Assembly (NCBI GenBank): GCA_964633985.1
Contig: CAZWKD010000002.1
Span: 15,375 to 79,374 of the forward strand
Length of the DNA stretch: 64,000 nt
Reading direction: 5' to 3'
From: an uncultured Acidimicrobium sp.
Lineage (GTDB): Bacteria; Actinomycetota; Acidimicrobiia; Acidimicrobiales; Ilumatobacteraceae
In this document: positions 1 through 8,918 of the stretch, one piece after another
Layout: every line of letters begins with the position of its first letter
Numbering within the stretch: the stretch's first letter is position 1
The notes under the pieces: model-generated
Told to the model about the DNA's origin: nothing
What the model saw: the letters and a program-made list of their open reading frames with translations, nothing else
Database searches by the model: none
Program-made: the position numbers and the translations under genes

Positions 1-837
1 CGGCCAAGTCAGCACTTCTCCCACCTTGTCCAAAAGACTCTGGGGAACTCCTGACGCCTTCATGATGTGCGGTTGCTGGCCGAGGTATTGAGTGACCATC
101 ATGCGCGCCATGTCCAGGGCAACCTTGCGGTCCTCATGCACGCTGCAGACGACGAGTTGGGGACGGTCGATCGAATCCAATGACCTTCCGGCCTTGGCAG
201 CACCCTTCTCCAAGGCGGCGAGTGCCTGAGCGTTGTAGTCAGGTGAGACGAGGTAGTTGAGCACGACACCGTCTGCGATTTCGCCAGTCAACTCCATCAT
301 TTGCATACCCGTGGCACCGATGTAGATGGGAACGTCCTTGGCGCGACGATCTTGATATACGTAATCGAGCTCCACGCCATCAAGTTGGACGAACTCCCCC
401 TGAAAAGTGACGTTCTCGTTGTTCAGAAGAGCGCGAACGGCGGTGACGATCTCGCGCATCGCTTTGAGCGGTTTGTTGCGGCTGATGCCCACCTTCTGGG
501 CCAAGGGGTCCCACCACGCCCCGATTCCGAGGATCACTCGGCCTGGAGCGAGATCATCGAGAGTCGAGAATGTCGCAGCGAGTCGCGCGGGATTTCGACT
601 CCAACAGTCCACGACGCCCGAACCAACCTTGAGTCGTTCGGTGACGGAGGCGAAGGCCGCCATGGGAACCGTTGCCTCGCGCACGAGGCGGCTCTCCGCC
701 TGCCATACCGCTTCGAATCCCTTTGCTTCGGCGTATTGGGCGAATCCCATGCCCTCACGCAGCGGATGCGCGTCTTGCAGATAGATCGCGGCTCGAAGAT
801 GGCCCTGGTCATTGAATGCGAGTGGACTGATGGTCAT
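1..837 (-). CDS. LLM-class (luciferase-like) flavin/F420-dependent oxidoreductase; 3' end runs off the window
   Basis: Own minus-strand translation from ATG 837..835: [64 protein letters not shown]...[20 protein letters not shown]... The frame is open to position 1 with no stop, so it is missing from the ORF track. Its start overlaps the upstream stop as ATGA. The 301..897 + ORF is its shadow. Confidence 0.7.
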   Translation of the reverse strand, partial: MTISPLAFNDQGHLRAAIYLQDAHPLREGMGFAQYAEAKGFEAVWQAESRLVREATVPMAAFASVTERLKVGSGVVDCWSRNPARLAATFSTLDDLAPGRVILGIGAWWDPLAQKVGISRNKPLKAMREIVTAVRALLNNENVTFQGEFVQLDGVELDYVYQDRRAKDVPIYIGATGMQMMELTGEIADGVVLNYLVSPDYNAQALAALEKGAAKAGRSLDSIDRPQLVVCSVHEDRKVALDMARMMVTQYLGQQPHIMKASGVPQSLLDKVGEVLTWP

Positions 838-1913
838 GTGTTGAGCCTTTCGTGGAGACGCTTGGACTGTTCTGCTGCCTTGGCGCGTACTTCGTGAATG
901 TCGATCTTGGTGGGAAGTCCTTCGTTAAGTACGACGTCGTCGTTCACCTGAATCTTGATCGGTCGAACACCCGTGGTGAAGGCGAGATGCCACGGCGAAT
1001 CCATGTGGTCGTAGTTCCAAGTCACCACATCGCGAGAGGTAGCGGGCATCAGCACTTGGTTGTTCTTCAGCCAACCCCACACCGTCTCCGGTGAGGCTTG
1101 AACGTCGAATTCGCGGAGTCGCGCATAGGCGACCCGAGCCTCGTCCAGCATGTCGCTTCCAATCCCATCCGTGCCGAGTAGGACCGTGTTCTCACGGGTT
1201 GTGGGTCGGGCATAGCCAACTGCGTTGTTCATGTTTGAGCGAGGGTTGTGGACCAGCCTGCCGCGCAGGGGCGTGTCCAAGTACACGCCGTGCACGAGCA
1301 ACCAATCGTCTTTCGCAAAGGGAGCCAAGCGGTTCCCAGCTTCCTTGTCGACGGGACCTTCGGCCACGTGGACGTGGACCCCGACTCCGTGTTTCTGTGC
1401 AAGTTGAGCTGCGGCAGCGATCGTCTCATCGGAACAGGTGAAGGCGGCATGGAGTCCCACCATGCCTTCGCCACCGCTACTGAGATAGCGATCGCATTCG
1501 TCCAGACCTCGGCGTGCGGCGGCGGTCATCGGGGATCTCGGATCGACACTGCTGTGCAGGTTGCCGCTGTCGTCCCAGCGGTCAGTGACTCCGTAACTGG
1601 TATTGAGCCTGACCCCGACATCGCGACACGCCTTGGCGAGCACGCTCAATGAACCGTCGATGAAGTGGGGTGACTCATGATGGTCGACGATCGCAGTGGT
1701 ACCAACCAAGAGGGCCTCCACAGCGCCGAGGGCAGCGGACCAGTAGAGCATTTGTTCATCGAGTGCCGCATCGAGACGCCACCAGATGTCCTCGAGGATT
1801 TCGGTGAAATGTCCACTTTGGCGTGAGGGGGCTGGCATTCCTCGAGCCAGCGTGGAGTACAGGTGATGGTGTGCACAGACGAAGCCGGTCGTCTGTGTCG
1901 AATCGAGCGTCAT
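834..1913 (-). CDS. SsnA-like metal-dependent amidohydrolase (aminohydrolase/chlorohydrolase family)
   Basis: Track ORF 834..2114. Recognisable sequence begins at ATG 1913 ([27 protein letters not shown], HxH metal motif), followed by [15 protein letters not shown] and [10 protein letters not shown]. The 67 codons upstream overlap the Mo-enzyme gene and are Arg/Cys-rich junk. Confidence 0.7.
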   Translation of the reverse strand: MTLDSTQTTGFVCAHHHLYSTLARGMPAPSRQSGHFTEILEDIWWRLDAALDEQMLYWSAALGAVEALLVGTTAIVDHHESPHFIDGSLSVLAKACRDVGVRLNTSYGVTDRWDDSGNLHSSVDPRSPMTAAARRGLDECDRYLSSGGEGMVGLHAAFTCSDETIAAAAQLAQKHGVGVHVHVAEGPVDKEAGNRLAPFAKDDWLLVHGVYLDTPLRGRLVHNPRSNMNNAVGYARPTTRENTVLLGTDGIGSDMLDEARVAYARLREFDVQASPETVWGWLKNNQVLMPATSRDVVTWNYDHMDSPWHLAFTTGVRPIKIQVNDDVVLNEGLPTKIDIHEVRAKAAEQSKRLHERLNT

Positions 1914-1920
1914 CGAACGG

Positions 1921-4533
1921 TCAGTCCTCGTCACCGGTTGCGCGTTGCATGGGCAACGTGTCGTGCCACGTTCCTGTCGCTTGTCGGAGAGCTGCGGCAA
2001 CGGCGCCTGCCGTCGGCACCAGTCCGATTTCTCCGACGCCCTTGATCCCATAGGGCGCATCTGGTTGAGGGGATTCGATGATCCGCACTTCGATGGGTGG
2101 CACGTCTTTGGCACGCAGGATCCCGAGGCTGCGCAGCGTGTTGTTGAGCGGGAAACCAGTCTCGGGATCGCTGGGGAAATCCTCGGTCAATGCGTAGCCG
2201 AGACCCATGTGGACACTTCCTTCGATCTGGCCTTCGCACAATTGTGGATTCATTGCGCGACCGACGTCATGCGCCGCGATCACCTTGACGATCTTTCCGG
2301 TCTCGCGATTCATGACCACCATCTGTGCCGCATAACCGAACGTGGAGTGGATGATCGGGTTCGTCACACCTGGGTCTCCAAGTTTGGTCGTCCAATCGAC
2401 GCGGTATTCGCCGAGGTGATCGACACCGACCTCGTAATCAGAGGCCTTGGCTACGTCACATGCGGCCTTGACTGCCCCCGCTCCCATCAGTGTTCCGCGA
2501 CTTCCAGTCGTTTGTCCGAGTCCGAGTTCACGAGTGGTGTCGACGATGACCCGTATCCGTTGGGGATCGATGCCGAGTTCGGTGGCGGCCACCTGCAGGG
2601 CGACGGTGTGGATTCCTTGACCCATCTCCGTCCAGCCGTGGCGGACCTCCACGCTGCCGTCCTCGCAGAAACGGATGACAGCGCGAGTGATCTCTTTGAA
2701 GCCATTTCCGAGGCCGCTGTTCTTCAAACCGAGGCCGAGACCCACTGCGTGCCCCTCAGAGCGGGCACGCTCGTAGTCGTCGCGCAATTCGTCCAGACAG
2801 AGTTCGGCGCCAAGACAGCCGTCATCCATGATTTGCCCAGGACCCCACACCAGCCCAGGTTTGATCACGTTGCGCTTGCGAATGTCGAAACCCGTGATGC
2901 CGACCTTTTCGGCGAGACGGTCAAGCACGCCTTCCATCGCGAACTGCGCTTGATTGGCACCAAATCCTCGGAAAGCGCCGCAGATGGGATTGTTCGTGCG
3001 TGCAGCGGTGGCCTCCACGTCGATCGAAGGAACGTGGTACGGACCACTGGCATGGCCAGCCATTCGCTCCAACACCTTCATGCCCACCGATGCATACGCC
3101 CCTGAATCTCCGACCGCGCGGACCTTGAGGAAGGTAAGTCGACCCTCCTCGTCACAACCGGCCTCGTAGTCCATGACGATGGGATGTCGCTTTGCGTGCA
3201 TCAGCAGACTCTCTTCGCGAGAGAGTGTGCATCTCACTGGCTTCTTCAGCAACCACGCTGCCAGCGCCGCATGGGCCTGATTGCTCATGTCTTCCTTACC
3301 GCCGAAGGCACCGCCGTTGGAGACCAATTCGACCGTCACCTGTTCGTTGGAGATTCCCAGGACGCGGGCGATGTCGTTGCGATCATCCCATACGCCCTGA
3401 CCACCCGAGTACACATGCAACTTCGTGCCATCAGCGCTGGGCACTGCCAGCGTGCTTTCGGGCTCGAGGAAGGCGTGTTCGATGCGTTGGGTGGTGAATC
3501 GCTGCCGCACGAGATGCGCAGAACTCCGACGAGCCGTATCGACATCACCCCGTTGGTACTCGCTCACCGAAAGGACGTTGCTGTCGGTCTGCCAAACTGC
3601 GATGTCGTCCGAGTCGATCGCGTCGAACGGATCCGTGATCGGCTTGAGCGGTCGGTAGACGACCTCGACCAATTCACTGGCGGCACGCGCCGTCAGTCGG
3701 TCTTCGGCGATGACGACGGCGAGCACGTCACCTGCATACGAAGTGAATCCGCCCTCCGGAATCATCACCGGCCAGTCCTTGTAGATGATGCCGACGAGCA
3801 GTTCACCTGGGACATCTGCAGCGGTGTACACCGCTTTCACCCCCGGCACGCCTTTGGCCTTGCTCACATCGATGGAGATGACTTCGGCGCGCGCATGCTT
3901 GGTCAGGTGCAAGGCGGCATGCAACATTCCTGGAATGCGTATGTCGTCGATGTACCCCCGATCACCGAGGGCGAGCTCGGAAGCTTCGTACTTGGTGTAC
4001 CTAGAGCCAATTTCTGCACTCGTAACTTGTGTAGGCGTTCGTTTCTTGGCCACCGCCTCGATTGCATCGAGGATTTTGACGTAACCCGTGCAGCGGCAAA
4101 GGTGTGCACCGAGATGGCGTTTGATGTCGTCTCGCTCGAGACTCTCGCCCTTCTTGTCGATCAAGGCTTTCGCTCGAACGACGATGCCCGGAATACAGAA
4201 GCCACATTGCAGGCCACCGCATGCTGCGAACGACTCTGCGAATGCCTGCCGGTCATCGTCAGAGAATCCCTCCAATGTGGTGACAGCGCCGTTCGCCACT
4301 TTGGAAAGCGGGGTTTGACAACTGACGACTGCCTTACCGTTGACGATGACCGTGCAACATCCGCACTGTCCACTCGGCGAACATCCATCCTTGGGAGACG
4401 TGACGTTCAGTTCGTCGCGAAGCGCCGACAACAGGTGAGGGTGTCGCCCGCGCACAGTGACAGCCGTCCCGTTGAGCGTGAAGGCGACCGCAGCTGAAGT
4501 CTCGACAGATCCGCTCGTGCCCATCGTCTCCAC
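1921..4533 (-). CDS. Molybdenum hydroxylase of the xanthine dehydrogenase/aldehyde oxidoreductase family; N-terminal 2x[2Fe-2S] fused to molybdopterin-binding domains, no FAD domain
   Basis: 870 aa. N-terminal motifs CSPSGQCGCCTV and CGFCIPG...CRCTGY, followed by large-subunit-type sequence (GGAFGGKED, CGAFRGFGANQ, GVGEIGLVP). GTG start at 4533 with a GGGGG Shine-Dalgarno-like run 6 nt upstream. Confidence 0.85.
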   Translation of the reverse strand: METMGTSGSVETSAAVAFTLNGTAVTVRGRHPHLLSALRDELNVTSPKDGCSPSGQCGCCTVIVNGKAVVSCQTPLSKVANGAVTTLEGFSDDDRQAFAESFAACGGLQCGFCIPGIVVRAKALIDKKGESLERDDIKRHLGAHLCRCTGYVKILDAIEAVAKKRTPTQVTSAEIGSRYTKYEASELALGDRGYIDDIRIPGMLHAALHLTKHARAEVISIDVSKAKGVPGVKAVYTAADVPGELLVGIIYKDWPVMIPEGGFTSYAGDVLAVVIAEDRLTARAASELVEVVYRPLKPITDPFDAIDSDDIAVWQTDSNVLSVSEYQRGDVDTARRSSAHLVRQRFTTQRIEHAFLEPESTLAVPSADGTKLHVYSGGQGVWDDRNDIARVLGISNEQVTVELVSNGGAFGGKEDMSNQAHAALAAWLLKKPVRCTLSREESLLMHAKRHPIVMDYEAGCDEEGRLTFLKVRAVGDSGAYASVGMKVLERMAGHASGPYHVPSIDVEATAARTNNPICGAFRGFGANQAQFAMEGVLDRLAEKVGITGFDIRKRNVIKPGLVWGPGQIMDDGCLGAELCLDELRDDYERARSEGHAVGLGLGLKNSGLGNGFKEITRAVIRFCEDGSVEVRHGWTEMGQGIHTVALQVAATELGIDPQRIRVIVDTTRELGLGQTTGSRGTLMGAGAVKAACDVAKASDYEVGVDHLGEYRVDWTTKLGDPGVTNPIIHSTFGYAAQMVVMNRETGKIVKVIAAHDVGRAMNPQLCEGQIEGSVHMGLGYALTEDFPSDPETGFPLNNTLRSLGILRAKDVPPIEVRIIESPQPDAPYGIKGVGEIGLVPTAGAVAAALRQATGTWHDTLPMQRATGDED

Positions 4534-4592
4534 TTACACCCCCTGACCCTGTTGGGTACCTTATCCGACAAGGGTTTCAGTTTTACAGAATG

Positions 4593-5519
4593 TCAATCAG
4601 CGAGCTCGGCTCCTCGTTGGGACGTGATCCTGCCGTACACCTCGGGACGCCGGTAGCGGTCGAAGTCAAAGAGTGTGTTCTTGTACTGGTAGCACCAATC
4701 CAGGTTGCAGTCGGCCACCACCACCTCGTCTCCGGACGTCACCGTCTTTGCCAACACCTCGCCTGAGGGGGCGATAATTTGCGAGTCTGCGAGGCTGTCC
4801 ACGCCTTCTTCGACACCGCCTTTGGCGACTCCCACCACGAAAGTCCCGTTCTGATATGCACCACTCTGCATGACGAGTCCGTTGTGGAAGCTCTGCAGGG
4901 GGTTCTGTGAGGGATCGGGTGCGTAGTGCAGAGGGGTGTTGTATCCGCACAAGATCAGCTCTACTCCTTGTAGCCCCATGACGCGATAACTCTCCGGCCA
5001 CCGTCGGTCGTTGCAGATCATCATGCCGACACGACCCCCGAACGCTTTCCACACTCCGAAACCCTCGGGGCTGGGCGTGAAGTAATAGCGCTCGGCGTGT
5101 TGAAACGGGCGGTTGGGCTCGTGATGTTCGTGCCCGGGAATGTGCACCTTGCGATATTTGGCTACGACCCGGCCGTCTCGCTCGACGAGGATCTGCGTGT
5201 TGAAGCGCTCGCCCTTGTCAGTGAGCTCCGCATAACCGAGGCAAAACCCAACGCCAAGGCGCTGCGCCTCGTCGAACAAAGGCTGCGTCACCGGCGACGG
5301 CATCGAGCGTTCGTACCAATGATCAGCCTCGGTGATGTCGTCCACGAACCAACGGGGGAAGAAGGTGGTCAAGGCAAGCTCAGGAAAGACCACCAGTTCC
5401 GCACCTTTCGCACTCGCATCGCGCAACAACGCGATCAGCCGAGCCACCACCTGCGGACGATCGTGATCACGCTGGATCGGGCCCATTTGAGCGGCAGCAA
5501 CGCGGATCACTCTCGTCAC
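4593..5519 (-). CDS. Nitrilase-superfamily carbamoylase (N-carbamoyl-D-amino-acid hydrolase-like)
   Basis: 308 aa. Catalytic Glu/Lys/Cys contexts are VVFPELALTTFFPRW, KYRKVHIPG and MMICNDRRWPE. The GTG start overlaps the upstream stop (GTGA). Confidence 0.75.
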   Translation of the reverse strand: MTRVIRVAAAQMGPIQRDHDRPQVVARLIALLRDASAKGAELVVFPELALTTFFPRWFVDDITEADHWYERSMPSPVTQPLFDEAQRLGVGFCLGYAELTDKGERFNTQILVERDGRVVAKYRKVHIPGHEHHEPNRPFQHAERYYFTPSPEGFGVWKAFGGRVGMMICNDRRWPESYRVMGLQGVELILCGYNTPLHYAPDPSQNPLQSFHNGLVMQSGAYQNGTFVVGVAKGGVEEGVDSLADSQIIAPSGEVLAKTVTSGDEVVVADCNLDWCYQYKNTLFDFDRYRRPEVYGRITSQRGAELAD

Positions 5520-6808
5520 GACGATGTACCAGCAAATTCGGTTTCAGTGAGTCGATGCATCACACGAAGCAAGAGTGTGGAACCGAGAATCAGGTCCTCC
5601 TCAGAGGTGAACTCTGCCGGGTTGTGGCTGATCCCACGCACACTCGGTACGAAGATCATCGCCGTTGGACACACCCGCGCGAGCATTTGTGCATCGTGCC
5701 CTGCACCACTGGGCATCTGTTTTCTCGACAATCCCATGTCGGCGGCGCACTCGTCGATCAGTTCGATCACACGCGGGTCAAATACGACGGGTTCGAAGCG
5801 AGCGAGCTGGCGCTTGGTGATGGTGACGCCTTCATCGTTTTCGAGCTGGACCAAGAATTCGGCGATTTCCGTCTCCGCCTCGCGGAGCAGAGCTTCGTCC
5901 GTGTTGCGGACGTCGATGGTCATCGTCGCGCGAGCAGCAACGACGTTGACCAGATTGGGATGGATGTCGACCTTGCCAACCGTGCAAACTTGAGGCGGAC
6001 CCATTCTCGTCGCGAGCTCTCGTAAGAAGACCGTGACTCGACCCGCCACATAGACCGGATCGTGTCGGAGCGCCATTGGCGTGGTGCCTGCGTGGTTGCT
6101 TTGTCCATGGATCTCAATTTCCGACCAGGAGATACCCTGCACGCCATCCACACAGCCGATCGTTATTCCTTCGGCTTCGAGAACCGGTCCTTGCTCGATG
6201 TGTAACTCGACGAAAGCATGGGGTGTCGGACCTGGGCAAGGTACGGGACCTGCATAGCCAATCTCACGGAGTTCCTCACCGAAGTTCTTGCCATCGATCG
6301 ATGTCGTCTCGAGGGCTGCTTCGACGCTCATTCCGCCCACGTACACCAATGAGCCGAGCATGTCGGGTGCAAACCGTGCTCCCTCCTCATTGGTGAAGAA
6401 AGCAACCGCGATCGGACGCTGTGGAACGACCCCAGTTTCCTGCATCGTCTGAATCACTTCCAGACCAGCGAGGACGCCGAGATTGCCGTCGTATTTTCCG
6501 CCGGTGCGAACCGTGTCGATGTGCGATCCCGTCATTACTGGAGCACCCGAGCCAACTTGCCATGTGCCAACGACATTGCCCACCTTGTCGACCGTCACCT
6601 CGAGGCCCAGTTCTCGCATCCATGCAACGACCAAATCGCGACCAGCGCGGTCGTCGTCGGTCAGGGCGAGGCGGGCGCAACCACCATTGGGGATGGCACC
6701 TACATCGGCCAATTCGAAGATCCTGCGCATCAAGCGCGGACCGTTGATCTCCAAAGTCGACATCACGCGACGAGTGTATTCCTGATCTTTCGAGGGGTTT
6801 GGTGACAC
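5516..6808 (-). CDS. M20-family Zn amidase of the hydantoinase/carbamoylase type (allantoate amidohydrolase / N-carbamoyl-L-amino-acid hydrolase / beta-ureidopropionase-like)
   Basis: 430-aa ORF with GSHIDTVRTGGKYDGNLGVLAGLEV, AFFTNEEGARF, SGAGHDA and PSVRGISHNP. An alternative and likelier start is ATG 6763 (MSTLEINGPRLMRRIFELADVG). Confidence 0.75.
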   Translation of the reverse strand: MSPNPSKDQEYTRRVMSTLEINGPRLMRRIFELADVGAIPNGGCARLALTDDDRAGRDLVVAWMRELGLEVTVDKVGNVVGTWQVGSGAPVMTGSHIDTVRTGGKYDGNLGVLAGLEVIQTMQETGVVPQRPIAVAFFTNEEGARFAPDMLGSLVYVGGMSVEAALETTSIDGKNFGEELREIGYAGPVPCPGPTPHAFVELHIEQGPVLEAEGITIGCVDGVQGISWSEIEIHGQSNHAGTTPMALRHDPVYVAGRVTVFLRELATRMGPPQVCTVGKVDIHPNLVNVVAARATMTIDVRNTDEALLREAETEIAEFLVQLENDEGVTITKRQLARFEPVVFDPRVIELIDECAADMGLSRKQMPSGAGHDAQMLARVCPTAMIFVPSVRGISHNPAEFTSEEDLILGSTLLLRVMHRLTETEFAGTSS

Positions 6809-6835
6809 TCATCGGTGATCGCCAATAATGGAGCA

Positions 6836-8191
6836 ATGGCCGCAGTGGATAGACGGCGATTGTCCGTAGCGATGCAGGGCGAGCGCGAACGCTTCATCGA
6901 GGCTCATCCCAAATCCCGTCGACTGGCACAGGAAGCAAAGGACCAGATGCTTTCTGGCGTTCCGATGCCGTGGATGGTGCGTTGGCCGGGTGATTTCCCG
7001 TTGTTCCTCGAGAGTGCTGAAGGAGTTGCATTCGTCGATGTGGACGGAAACCGTTACGTGGATTTCTGCCTCGGGGATACGGGAGCAATGACTGGACATG
7101 GACGCGAGGACGTTGCTGAGGCCATTTCCCGACAGGCTCGGCGGGGTCTGACGACGATGATGCCCACCGCTGACGCATTGTGGGTGGCCAACGAATTGAG
7201 CAATCGATTCGGCAAGATGAAGTGGCAATTCTGTTTGAGCGCGACCGACGCCAATCGCTTCATGTTGCGGTTTGCGCGACATGTGACACGACGAAAGATG
7301 ATCGTCGTCAACGATTGGTGTTATCACGGAACAGTTGATGAAGCACTCGTGATTCTGTCCGACGATGGCTCGACCGTTTCACGGCCGGGCGCAATCGGAC
7401 CCCAAGTCGATCCCGGCATGACGACACGAGCAGTGCCGTTCAATGATCTGGATGCGCTCGATCGAGCATTGTCGCAGGGTGATGTAGCCGTGGTACTCAT
7501 GGAACCAGCGCTGACGAACATCGGGATCGTTCTGCCTGATCCGGGTTACCTCGAGGGAGTTCGCGAAATCACTCGACGTCATGGCACCTTGCTCGCAATC
7601 GACGAAACGCACACGATCTGTGCTGGACCAGGTGGGTGCACCAAGGCTTGGAACTTGGAGCCGGACTTCGTGATCATCGGCAAGACGATCGGTGGTGGTG
7701 TTCCCGTCGCCGCTTACGGAATCGCCGAGTCGGTTTCCCGAATCCTTGAAGACCAGATGCACGGTCATGACGTGGACGTCTCGGGGGTGGGAGGCACCTT
7801 GAGTGGTAGCGCATTCGGGATGGCAGCAATGCGCGCAACTCTGTCGAGTTCTCTCTTACCCGACGACTTCGCCAAAGCCGAGCCCTTGGCGATTCGCTGG
7901 ACCGAGGGTGTGCAAGAAGTCGTGAAGTCGTGGAGCCTGAAATGGCACGTGCAGCGCCTCGGGGTGCGCGCGGAATACTGGTTCAGCTCTCCACCACGCA
8001 ATGGCCGTGACGCAGCAGCATCGGTGGACAGCGAATTGGAGTCCTACTTCCATTTGGCAGCTCTCAACAGGGGGGTTCTGCTGACGCCGTTCCACAACAT
8101 GGCGCTTCTGTCACCCCTTCACTCCGCTCGAGATGTGGATCTCCATACACGCATTTTCGAAGAGTCCATCAGCGCTGTCGTCGCCAAATGA
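6836..8191 (+). CDS. Class-III (omega/GSA-type) PLP aminotransferase
   Basis: Track ORF 6815..8191. In-frame ATG at 6836 is preceded by GGAG. Motifs include FVDVDGNRYVDFCLGDTGAMTGHG, LLAIDETHT and IIGKTIGGGVP (PLP Lys context). Divergent from the amidase operon. Confidence 0.8.
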   Translation: MAAVDRRRLSVAMQGERERFIEAHPKSRRLAQEAKDQMLSGVPMPWMVRWPGDFPLFLESAEGVAFVDVDGNRYVDFCLGDTGAMTGHGREDVAEAISRQARRGLTTMMPTADALWVANELSNRFGKMKWQFCLSATDANRFMLRFARHVTRRKMIVVNDWCYHGTVDEALVILSDDGSTVSRPGAIGPQVDPGMTTRAVPFNDLDALDRALSQGDVAVVLMEPALTNIGIVLPDPGYLEGVREITRRHGTLLAIDETHTICAGPGGCTKAWNLEPDFVIIGKTIGGGVPVAAYGIAESVSRILEDQMHGHDVDVSGVGGTLSGSAFGMAAMRATLSSSLLPDDFAKAEPLAIRWTEGVQEVVKSWSLKWHVQRLGVRAEYWFSSPPRNGRDAAASVDSELESYFHLAALNRGVLLTPFHNMALLSPLHSARDVDLHTRIFEESISAVVAK

Positions 8192-8198
8192 CCAGTCA

Positions 8199-8918
8199 GT
8201 GAGCGAGCTCCTCTACATCGTTCTGGTGGTAGCGGCAACTGCGTTGCTGCAGTCGATAACCGGTTTCGGTCTTGCCCTTCTCTCGGTGCCACTTTTCGCG
8301 CTCCGGATCGACGTACACGAAGCGGTCGTGCTGTCCACCTGTCTCGGAACGATCAGCAGTGGGTGGCAAACCAGACTTCTCAAGGCAGATGCTCAGCGAT
8401 CTGCGGCAAAGCGGTACATCGTTGCATCGATAATTGGCATCCCTTTCGGTTACGCGGCCTTCGCGCTTCTTGACGACCAGATCCTTCGGCTCATCGTCGG
8501 TGTCGCAGTTCTGTTTGGAACCGCAGTAGTTGCCTTTGGAAGCGCGATTCGGGTGGGTCGGAGGTTGGAAGGCCTGCTCGGAGTACTGAGCGGAGTCCTC
8601 CTCATTGCGACATCGACCAATGGGCCACCCATCGTGCTCGCGATGCAGGCGCAACGGATGCCGATGCTGCAGTTCCGTGCCACTCTTGCGCGGATCTTTT
8701 TCGTCTCGGGCGTCATCAGCGTTGCGCTGTTCGCATTCACTGGTGAGATCAGTCGAACAATCGTCACTTCAACGATCGTCTGTCTTCCCGTTATGACGAT
8801 GTCCGTACTCCTCGGGAACAGGCTGGTTGGTCGTCTGGCGGAAGCTCGATTCCGCATCATCGTGCTCGGCCTGCTGGTAGTTGCAGGGTTGTCCACGCTC
8901 GTTGGAGCGATCGCCTGA
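8199..8918 (+). CDS. TauE/SafE-family (sulfite/anion exporter-like) membrane protein
   Basis: Multi-TM protein (LLQSITGFGLALLSVPLF..., second half ...GPPIVLAMQ...). GTG 8199 lies just after the aminotransferase stop. The track ORF starts at 8133 inside the upstream gene. Confidence 0.65.
   Translation: MSELLYIVLVVAATALLQSITGFGLALLSVPLFALRIDVHEAVVLSTCLGTISSGWQTRLLKADAQRSAAKRYIVASIIGIPFGYAAFALLDDQILRLIVGVAVLFGTAVVAFGSAIRVGRRLEGLLGVLSGVLLIATSTNGPPIVLAMQAQRMPMLQFRATLARIFFVSGVISVALFAFTGEISRTIVTSTIVCLPVMTMSVLLGNRLVGRLAEARFRIIVLGLLVVAGLSTLVGAIA

Noticed and set aside
301-897. 198-aa plus-strand ORF, with nested ORFs at 407..784 and 534..812
   Set aside because: It is the shadow of a clearly recognisable LLM-type oxidoreductase on the minus strand (1..837). 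The plus-strand product has no recognisable motif and an odd composition.
1945-4497. Long plus-strand ORFs 1945..3105 (386 aa) and 3184..4497 (437 aa)
   Set aside because: They are antisense to the Mo-hydroxylase gene, whose Fe-S and Moco motifs are unambiguous. The products are Arg/His/Asp-rich and unrecognisable. This is the usual GC-rich shadow-ORF artefact.
4534-4592. Possible Moco riboswitch upstream of the Mo-hydroxylase
   Set aside because: The gap is only 59 nt, too short for the Moco RNA motif, and no conserved stem pattern was seen.
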